From positions 3,472,001 through 3,536,000 of the forward strand of contig NC_087436.1 of NCBI RefSeq assembly GCF_036321535.1: a DNA stretch of 64,000 bases, in the 5' to 3' direction. Source of the stretch: Camelus dromedarius (Eukaryota). Positions within the stretch are counted from its first letter, which is position 1. Every line of letters starts with the position of its first letter. The translations under genes were made by a program, and so were the position numbers. Below, piece by piece: positions 50,501 to 61,000 of this stretch. Below the pieces are notes generated by a model. That model was not told the DNA's origin. It worked only from the letters and a program-made list of their open reading frames with translations, and ran no database searches.

Positions 50501-53500
50501 CCTACAAGCTTGGTGAAGTACGGCTTTCACACACACATATCTCTCAGAACTGAGCATGTGGAGAGACGTTCGTTCATCTAGCACAAAATGAACGGGTTGC
50601 AGGAGAAACTTTTACTCTGGTTTCTCAGTCTGTTTCCTAGGGCCAGTTTGAAGTTCCCTCAGTTTTCACTGTAAAATCTAGTTGGAGCTTGTACCTCCCC
50701 ATATATATGTATGGAGTGGAGTTTGCAACTGAAAAGAATCTTTGTGTTCCCAACAAGCTAGGTGAAGGACGGCTTTCACACACACTTTTCTCACAGAACT
50801 GAGCATGTGGAGAGACGTTCGTTCATCTAGCACAAAGGGATCGAGTTGCAGGAGAAACTATTACTCTGGTTTCACAGTCTGTTTCCTAGTGCCGGTTTGA
50901 AGTTCCTGCAGTTTTCTGTGTCAAACCGAGTTGGAGCTAGTACCTCCCCTTACATATATATGGAGTGGAGTTTGCAACTGAAAAGAAACTTTGTGTTAAC
51001 AACAAGCTAGGTGAAGGACGGCTTCACACACACTTAACTCTCAGAAATTAGCATGTGGATAGACGTTCGTTCACCTAGCACAAAGGGAACGGGTTGCAGG
51101 AGAAACTTTTACTCTGGTTTCTCAGTCTGTTTCCTAGGGCCGGTTTGAAGTTCCTGCAGATTTCACTGTAAAACCGAGTTGGTGCTAGTACCTCCCCATA
51201 TATAATTATGGAGTGGATTTTGCAACTGAAAAGAAACTTTGTGTTCCCAACAAGCTAGGTGAAGGACGGCTTTCACACACACTTATCTCTCAGAACTGAG
51301 CATGTGGAGAGACGTTCGTTCACCTAGCACAAAGGGAACGGGTTGCAGGAGAAACTTTTACTCTGGTTTCTCAGTCTGTTTCCTAGTGCCGGGTTGAAGT
51401 TCCTGCAGTTTTCACTGTAAACCGTGTTGGAGCTAGTACCTCCACATAGAAATGTATCTAGTGGAGTTTGCAACTGAAAAGAAACTTTGTATTCCCAACA
51501 AGCTAGGTGAAGGACGGCTTTCACACACACTTATCTCTCAGAACTCAGCATGTGGAGAGACGTTCGTTCATCAGCACAAAGGGAACGGGTTGCAGGAGAA
51601 ACTTATACTCTGTTTTCTCAGTCTGTTTCCTAGTGCCGTTTTGAAATTCCTGCAGTTTTCACTGTAACACCGAGTTGGAGCTTGTACCTCCCCTTGTATA
51701 TGTATGGAGTGGGGTTTGCAACTGAAAAGAAACTTTGTGTTCTCAACAATCTAGGTGAAGGACGGCTTTCACACACACATATCTCTCAGAACTGAGCATG
51801 TGCAGAGACGTTCGTACATCTAGCAGAAAGGGAACGGTTTGCAGGAGAAACTTTTACTTTGGTTTCTCAGTCTGTTTCCTAGTTCCGGTTTGATGTTCCT
51901 GCAGTTTTCACTGTAAAACAGTGTTGGAGCTAGTACCTCCCCATATATATGTATGGAGTTGAGTTTGCAACTGAAAAGAAACTTTGTGTTCCCAACAAGC
52001 TGGCTGAAGGACGGCTTTCACACACACTTATCTCTCAGAACTGAGCATGTGGAGAGACGTTCGTTCATCTAGCACAAAGGGAACGGGATGCAGGAGAAAT
52101 TTTACTCTGGATTCTCAGTCTGTTTCCTAGTGCCGGTTTTAAGTTCCTGCAGTTTTCACTGTTAAACCTAGTTGGAGCTAGTACCTACCCATATATATTT
52201 ATGGATTTGAGTTTGTAACTGAAAAGAAACTTTGTGTTCCCAGCAATCTAGGTGAAGTATGGCTTTCACACACAATTATCTCTCAGAAATGAGCATGTGG
52301 AGAGACGTTCGTTCATGTAGCACAAAGGGAACGCGTTGCAGGAAAAACTTTTACTCTGGTTTCTCAGTCTGTTTCCTAGTGCCGGTTTGAAGTTCCTGCA
52401 GTTTTCACTGTTAAACCTAGTTGGAGCTAGTAACTACCCATATATATGTATGGAGTGGAGTTTGCAAGTGAAAAGAAACATTGTGTTCCCAACAAGCTAG
52501 GTGTAGGACGGCTTTCACACACACTTATCTCTCAGAACTGAGCATGTGGAGAGACGTTCGTTCATCTAGCAAAAAGGGAACGGGTTGCAGGAGAAACTTT
52601 TACTCTGGTATCTCAGTCTGTTTCCTAGTGCTGGTTTGAAGGTCCTGCAGTTTTCACTGTAAAACCGAGTTGGAGCTTGTACCTCCCCATATGTATGTAT
52701 GGATTGGATTTTGCAACTGAAAAGAAACTTTGTGTTCCCAACAAGCTAGTTGAAGGACAGCTTTCTCACACACTTATCTCTCAGAACTGAGCATGTGGAG
52801 AGACGTTCGTTCATCTAGAAAAAATGGAACGGGTTTCAGGTGAAACTTTTACAGTGGTTTCTCAGTCTGTTTCCTAGTGCCGGTTTAAAGTTCCTGCAGT
52901 TTTCACTGTAAAATCGAGTTGGAGCTAGTACCTCCCCATATATATCTATGGATTGGAGTTTGAAACTGAAAAGAAAGTTTGTGTTCCCAACAAACTAGAT
53001 GAAGAATGGCTTTCACACACAGTTATCTCTCAGAACTGAGCATGTGGAGAGACGTTCGTTCATCTAGCACAAAGGGAACGGGTTGCAGGAGAAACTTTTA
53101 CTCTGTTTTCTCAGTCTGTTTCCTAGTCCCGTTTTGAAGTTCCTGCAGTTTTCACTGGAAAACCGAGTTGGAGCTGGTACCTCCCCATATATATGTATGG
53201 AGTGCAGTTTGCAACTGAAAAGATACTTTGTGTTCCCAACAATCTAGGTGAAGGACGGCTTTCACACACACTTATCTCTCAGAACTGAGCATGTGGAGAG
53301 ACGTTCGTTCATCTAGCACAAAGGGAACGGGTTGCAGGAGAAACTATTACTCTGGTTTCTCAGTCTGTTTCCTAGTGCCGGATGGAAGTTCCTGCAGTTT
53401 TCATTGTAAAACCGAGTTTGAGTTTGTACCACCCCATATATTTGTATGGAGCGGAGTTTGCAACTGAAAGGAAACTTTGTGTTCCCAAGAAGTTAGTTGA

Positions 53501-56500
53501 ATGACGGCATTCACACACACATATCTCTCAGGAATGAGCATGTGGAGACACGTTCGTTCATCTAGCACAAAGGGAACGTGTTGCAGGAGAAACTTTTACT
53601 CTGGTTTCTCAGTCTGTTTCCTAGTGCCGGTTTGAATTTCCTGAATTTTTCACTGTAAAACCGAGTTTTAGCTAATACCTCCCCTTATATATGTATGGAG
53701 TGGAGTTTGCAACTGAAAAGAAACTTTGTATTAACAACAAGCTACGGGAAGGACGGCTTTCACACCCACATATCTCTCAGAAATGAGCATGTGGAGATAC
53801 GTTCGTTCACATAGCACAAAGGGAACGGGTTGCAGGAGAAACTTTTACTCTAGTTCTCAGTCTGTTTCCTAGGGCCGGTTTGAAGTTCCTGCAGTTTTCA
53901 CTGTAAAATCGATTTGGAGCTAGTACCTCCCCATATATATGTATGGATTGGAGTTTGCAACTGAAAAGAAACATTGTGTTCCCAACAAGCTAGGTGAAGT
54001 ACGGCTTTCACACACTTATCTCTCAGAACTGAGCATGTGGAGAGACGTTCGTTCATCTAGCAAAAAGGGTCGGGTTGCAGGAGAAACTTTAACTCTGGTT
54101 TCTCAGTCTGTTTCCTAGTGCCGGTTTGAAGTTCCTGCAGTTTTCACTGTAAAACCGAGTTGGAGCTAGTACCTCTCCTTATATATATATGGTGTGGAGT
54201 TTGCAACTGAAAAGAAACTTTGTGTTAACAACAAGCTATGTGAAGGACGGCTTCACACCCACATATCTCTCAGAAATGAGCATGTGGAGAGACGTTCATT
54301 CACCTAGCACAAAGGGAACGGGTTGCATGAGAAACTTTTACTCTGGTTTGTCTAGTCTGTTTCCCAGGGCCGGTTTGAAGTTCCAGCAGTTTTCACTGTA
54401 AAACCGAGTTGGAGCAAGTACCCCCCCTTATATATGTATGGAGTGGTGTTTGCAACTGAAAAGAAACTTTGTGTTCCCAACAAGCAATTTGAAGGACGGC
54501 TTTCACACATATTTATCTCTCAGAACTGAGCATGTGGAGAGACGTTCGTTCATCTAGCAAAAAGGGAACGGGATGCAGGAGAAACTTTTACTCTGGTTTT
54601 TCAATCTTTTTCTTAGTGCCGGTTTGAAGTTCCTGCAGTATTCAGTGTAAAACAGAGCTGGAGCTTGTACATCCCCATATATATATATGGTGTGGAGTTT
54701 GCAATTGAAAAGAACTTTGTGTTCCCTACAAGCTAGGTGAAGTACGGCTTTTACACACACATATCTCTCAGAACTGAGCATGTGGAGAGACGTTCGTTCA
54801 CCTAGCCCAAAATGAACGGGTTGCAGGAGAAACTTTTACTCTGATATCTCAGTCTGTTTCCTAGTTCCCGTTTGAAATTCCTGCAGTTTTCACTGTAAAA
54901 ACCAGTTGCAGCTAGTACCTCCCCATATATATGTATGGAGTGGAATTTGCAACTTAAAAGAAACTTTGTGTTCCCAACAAGCTAGGTGAAGGACGGTTTC
55001 ACACACACTTATCTCTCAGAAATGAGCATGTGGAGAGAAGTTCGTTCATCTAGCACAAAGGGAAAGGGTTGCAGGAGAAACTTTTACTCTGGTTTCTCAG
55101 TCTGTTTCCTAGGACCGGTTTGAAGTTTCTGCAGTTTTCACTGTAAAACGGAGTTGGAGCTAGTACCTCCCCATATATATGTATGGAGTGGAGTTTGCAA
55201 CTGAAAAGAAACTTTGTGTTCCCAACAAGCTAGGTGAAGTACGGGTTCCACACACACTTATCTCTCAGAACTGAGCATGTGGAAAGACGTTCGTTCATCT
55301 AGCACAAAGGGAACGGGTTGGAGGAGAAATTTTTACTCTGGTTTCTCAGACTGTTTCCTAGTGCCGGTTTGAATTTCCTGCATTTTTCACTGTATAACCG
55401 AGTTGGAGCTTGTACCTCCCCTTATATATGTATGGAGTGGAGTTTGTAAATGAAAAGAAACTTTGTTTTAACAACAAGCTAGGTGAAATACGGCTTTCAC
55501 ACACACTTATCTCTCAGAAATGAGCATGTGGAGATACGTTCGTTCACCTAGCACAAAGGAAACTGGTTGCAGGAGAATCTTTTACTCTGGTTTCTCAGTC
55601 TGTTTCCTAGTGCCGATTTGAAGTTCCTGCAGTTTTCACTGTAAAACCGTGTTGGAGCTAGTACCTCCACATATATATGTATGGAGTCGAGTTTGCAACT
55701 GAAAACAAATTTTGTGTTCCCAACAAGCTAGGTGAAGGACGGCTTTCACACACAATTATCTCTCAGAACTGAGCATTTGGAGAGAGGTTCGTTCATCTAG
55801 CACAAAGGGAACGGGTTGCAGGTGAAACTTTTACTCTGGATTCTCAGTCTGTTTCCTAGGGCCAGTTTGAAGTTCCTGCAGTTTTCACTGTAAAACTTAG
55901 TTGGAGCTAGTACCTCCCCATATATATGTATGGAGTGGAGTTTGCAACTGAAAACAATCTTTGTGTTCCAAACAACCTAGGTGAAGGACGGCTTTCACAC
56001 ACACTAATCTCACAGTACTGAGCATGTGGAGAGACGTTCGTTCATCTAGCACAAAGGGATCGAGTTGCAGGAGAAACTATTACTCTGGTTTCTCAGTCTT
56101 TTTCCTAGTGCCGGTTTGAAGTTCCTGCAGTTCTCTGTGTCAAACCGAGTTGGAGCTAGTACCTCCCCTTACATATATATGGAGTGGAGTTTGCAACTGA
56201 AAAGAAACTTTGTGATAACAACAAGCTAGGTGAAGGACGGCTTCACACACACTTATCTCTCAGAAATGAGCATGTGGAGAGACGTTCGTTCACCTAGCAC
56301 AAAGGGAACGGGTTGCAGGAGAAACTTTTACCCTGGTTTCTCAGTCTGTTTCCTAGGGCCGGTTTGAAGTTCCTGCAGTTTTCACTGTAAAACCGAGTTG
56401 GTGCTAGTACCTCCCCATATATATTTATGGAGTGGAGTTTGCAACTGAAAAGAAACTTTGTGTTCCCAACAAGCTAGGTGAAGGGAGGCTTTCACAGACA

Positions 56501-58000
56501 CTTATCTCTCAGAACTTAGCATGTGGAGATACGTTCTTTCATCTAGCACAAAGGGAACGGGTTGCAGGAGAATCATTTACTCTGGTTTCTCAGTCTGTTT
56601 CCTACTGCCTGTTTGAAGTTCCTGCAGCTTTCACTGTAAAATCGAGTTGAAGCTAGTACCTCCCAATATATATGTATGGAATGGAGTTTGCAACTGAAAA
56701 GAAAATTTGTGTTCCCAACAAGCTAAGTGAAGGACGGCTTTCACACACTTATCTCTCAGAACTGAGCATGTGGAGAGACGTTCGTTCATCTAGCAAAAAT
56801 GGAACGGTTTGCAGGAGAAACTTTTACCCTGGTTTCTCTGTCTGTTTCCTAGGGCCAGTATGAAGTTCCTGCAGTTTTCACTGTAAAACCGAGTTGGAGC
56901 TTGTACCCCCCCAAATATATGTATGGAGTGGAGTTTGCAACTGAAAAGGAACTTTGTGTTCCCAACAAGCTAATTGAAGGACGGCTTTCACACACACTTT
57001 TCTCTTAGAACAGAGCATGTGGAGAGACGTTTGTTCATCTAGCACAAAAGGAACGGGTTGCAGGAGAAACTTTTTCTCTGGTTTCTCTGTCTGTTTCCTA
57101 GTGCCTTTTTGAAGTTCCTGCAGTTTTCACTGTAAAACAGAGTTGGAGCTAATATCTCCCCATATATATGTATGTAGTGGTGTATGCAACTGAAAAGAAA
57201 CTTTGTATTCCCAACAAGCTAGGTGAATGTCGGCTTTCACACACACATATCTCTCAGAACTGAGCATGTGGAGAGACGTTCGTTCATCTAGCACAAAGGG
57301 AACGCGTTGCTGGTGAAACTTTTACTCTGGTTTCTCAGTCTGTTTCCTAGGGCCAGTTTGAAGTTCCTGCAGTTTACACTGTAAAAACTAGTTGGAGCTA
57401 GTACCTCCCCATATATATGTATGGACTGGAGTTTGCAACTGAAAAGAATCTTTGTGTTCCCAACAAGCTAGGTGAAGGACGGCTTTCACACACACTTATC
57501 TCACAGAACTGAGCATGCGGAGAGACGTTCGTTCATCTAGCACAAAGGGATCGGGTTGCAGGACAAACTATTATTCTGGTTTCTCAGTCTGTTTCCTAGT
57601 GCCGGTTTGAAGTTCCTGAAGTTTTCTGTGTCAAACCGAGTTGGAGCTAGTACCTCCCCTTATATAAATATGGAGTGGAGTTTGCAACTGAAAAGAAATT
57701 TTGTGTTAACAACAAGGTAAGTGAAAGACGGCTTCCCACACGCTTATCTCTCAGAAATGAGCATGTGGAGAGACGTTCGTTCACCTAGCACAAAGGGAAA
57801 GGGTTGCAGGAGAAACTTTTACTCTGGTTTCCCAGTCTGTTTCCTAGGGCCGGTTTGAAGTTCCTGCAGTTTTCACTGTAAAACCGAGTTGGTGCTAGTA
57901 CCTCCCCATATAAATTTATGGAGTGGAGTTTGCAATTGAAAAGAAACTTTGTGTTCCCAACAAGCTAGGTGAAGGAAGGCTTTCACACACACTTATCTCT
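47515..58000. repeat. More diverged satellite layer with partial, degraded duplications (17-, 21- and 6-monomer offsets)
   Basis: ACTGTTAAACCTAG at 47931/52158 and GAAGGTCC at 48411/52638 are +4227. TTTTTCAATCT at 50372/54597. GGGATCG...AAACTATT at 50837/56056/57547. Paired copies differ at several sites per monomer. Confidence 0.75.
51243..51339. repeat. Representative copy of the ~97-bp imperfect inverted repeat present in essentially every monomer
   Basis: GTTCCC (51243-51248) pairs with GGGAAC (51334-51339). GCTAGGTGAA (51254-51263) pairs with TTCACCTAGC (51319-51328). CTCAG (51289-51293) pairs with CTGAG (51296-51300). Confidence 0.8.
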
Positions 58001-61000
58001 CAGAACTGAGCATGTGCAGAGACGTTCGTTCATCTAGCACAAAGGGAACGGGGTGCAGGGGATATTTTACTCTGGTTTCTCAGTCTGTTTCCTAGTGCCG
58101 TGTTGAAGTTCCTGCAGTTTTCACTGTAAACCGAGTTGGAGCTAGTACCTCCCCATAGATATGTATCTAGTTGAGTTTGCAACTGAAAAGAAACTTTGTA
58201 TTCCCAACAAGCTAGGTGAAGGACGGCTTTCAAACACAATTATCTCTCAGAACTGAGCATGTGGAGAGACGTTCGTTCATCTAGCACAAAGGGAACGGGT
58301 TGCAGGGGAAACTTTGACTCTGGTTTCTCATTCTGTTTTCTAATGCCGGTTTGAAGTTCCTGCAGTTTTCACTGTAAAATCGAGTTGGAGCTAGTACCTC
58401 CGCATATATATGTATGGAGTGGAGTTTGCAACTGAAAAAAACTTTGTGTTCCCAACACGCTAATTGAAGGACGGCTTTCACACAATTATCTCTCAGAACT
58501 GAGCATGTGGAGAGACGTTCGTTCATCCAGCAAAAAGGGAAGCGGTTGCAGGAGAAACTTTTACTCTGGTTTCTCTGTCTTTTTCCAAGGGCCAGTATGA
58601 AGTTCCTGCAGTTTTCACTGTAAAACCGAGTTGGAGCTTGTACCCCCCCATATATATGTATGGCGTGAAGTTTGCAAGTGAAAAGAAACTTTGTGTTCCC
58701 AACAATATAGGTGAAGGACGGCTTTCACACACACTTATCTCTCAGAACTGAGAATGTGGAGAGACTTTCGTTCATCTAGCACAAAGGGAACGGGTTGCAT
58801 TAGAAACTTATTCTCTGGTTTCTCAGTCTGTTTCCTAGTGCCGGTGTGAAGTTCCTGCAGTTTTCACTGTAAAAACGAGTTGGAGCTAGTACCTCCCCAT
58901 ATATATGTATGGAATGGAGTTTGCAACTGAAAAGAATCTTTGTGTTCCCAACAAGCTAGCTGAAGGACGGCTTTCACACACAGTTATCTCTCAGAACTGA
59001 GCATGTGGAGAGACGTTCGTTCATCTAGCACAAAAGGATCGGGTTGCAGGAGAAACTTTTACTCTTGTTTCTCAGTCTGTTTCCTAGTTCCGGTTTGAAG
59101 TTCCTGCAGTTTTCACTGTAAAACCGAGTTGGAGCTAATACCTCCCCTTATATATGTATGGAGTGGAGTTTGCAACTGAAAAGAGACTTTGTGTTAACAA
59201 CAAGCTAGGTGAAGTACGGCTTTCACAAACACTTATCTCTCAGAAATGAGCATGCGGAGAGACGTTCGTTCATCTAGCACAAAGGGAACGGGTTGCAGGA
59301 GAAACTTTTACTCTGGTTTCTCAGTCTGTTTCCTATTGCCGGTATGAAGTTCCTTCAGTTTTCACTGAAAAACCGAGATGGATCTAGTACCTCTCCATAT
59401 ATATGTGTGGAGTGGAGTTAGCAATTGAAAAGGAACTTTGTGTTCCCAACAAGCTAGGTGAAGGACGGCTTTCACACACAATTTTCTCTCAGAACTGAGC
59501 ATGTGGTGAGACGTTCGTTCATCTAGCACAAAAGGAACGGTTTGCAGGAGAAACATTTTCTCTGGTTTCTCAGTCTGTTTCCTAGTGCCTGTTTGAAGTT
59601 CCTGCAGTTTTCACTGTAAAACAGAGTTGGAGCTAATAACTTCCCCATATATATGTATCTAGTGGTGTATGCAACTGAAAAGAAACTTTGTATTCCCAAC
59701 AAGCTAGGTGAAGGTCGGCTTTCACACACACATATCTCTAAGAACTGAGCATGTGGAGAGACGTTCGTTCATCTAGCACAAAAGGAACGGGTTGCAGGAG
59801 AAACTTTTACTCTGGTTTCTCAGTCTGTTTCCTAGTGCCGGTTGGAAGTTCCTGCAGTTTTCATTGTAAAACCGAGTTTGAGTTTGTACCACCCCATATA
59901 TTTGTATGGATCGGAGTTTGCAACTGAAAAGAAACTTTGTGTTCCCAACAAGTTAGTTGAATGACGGCATTCACACACACATATCTCTCAGGAATGAGCA
60001 TGTGGAGACACGTTCGTTCATCTAGAACAAAGGGAACGTGTTGCAGGAGAAACTTTTACTCTTGTTTCTCAGTCTGTTTCCTAGTGCCGGTTTGAATTTC
60101 CTGAATTTTTCACTGTAAAACCGAGTTTTAGCTAATACCTCCCCTTATATATGTATGGAGTGGAGTTTGCAACTGAAAAGAAACTTTGTGTTAACAACAA
60201 GCTAGGGGAAGGACGGCTTTCACACCCACTTATCTCTCAGAAATGAGCATGTGGAGATACGTTCGTTCACCTAGCACAAAGGGAACGGGTTGCAGGAGAA
60301 ACTTTTACTCTAGTTTCTCAGTCTGTTTCCTAGGGCCGGTTTGGAGTTCCTGCAGTTTTCACTGTAAAATCGAGTTGGAGCTAGTACCTCCCCATATATA
60401 TGTATGGATTGGAGTTTGCAACTGAAAAGAAACTTTGTGTTCCCAACAAGCTAGGTGAAGTACGGCTTTCACACACTTATCTCTCAGAACTGAGCATGTG
60501 GAGAGACGTTCGTTCATCTAGCAAAAAGGGATCGGGTTGCAGGAGAAACTTTAACTCTCGTTTCTCAGTCTTTTTCCTAGTGCCGGTTTGAAGTTCCTGC
60601 AGTTTTCACTGTAAAACCGAGTTGGAGCTAGTACCTCCCCATATATATGTATGGCGTGGAGTTTGCAACTGAAAAGAAAGTTTGTGTTCCCAACAAGCTA
60701 GGTGAAGGACGGCTTTTACACACACTTATCTCTCAGAACTGAGCATGTGCAGAGACGTTCGTACATCTAGCAGAAAGATAACGGTTTGCGTGAGAAACTT
60801 TTACTTTGGTTTCTCAGTCTCTTTCCTAGTGCCGGTCTGAAGTTCCTGCAGTTTTCACTGTAAAACCGTGTTGGAGCTAGTACATCCCCATATATATGTA
60901 TGGATTTGAGTTTGCAAATGAAAAGAAACTTTGTGTTCCCAACAAGCTAGGTGAAGGACGGCTTTCACACACATTTATCTCTCAGAACTGAGCATGTGGA

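Noticed and set aside
51263..51328. Hammerhead ribozyme (as in newt satellite 2, schistosome satellites or tandem retrozymes); the consensus minus strand reads CTAGATGAACGAACGTC and CTGAGAGA...GAAAGCCGTC
   Set aside because: Neither strand has an intact CUGANGA core followed by stem II and GAAA. An Infernal search with Rfam hammerhead models would settle it.
51315..51343. CENP-B box-like halves TTCGTT ... GGAACGGG
   Set aside because: The functional box needs TTCG-N4-A-N2-CGGG. Here TTCG and CGGG are 20 nt apart rather than 7, so it is not a canonical box.
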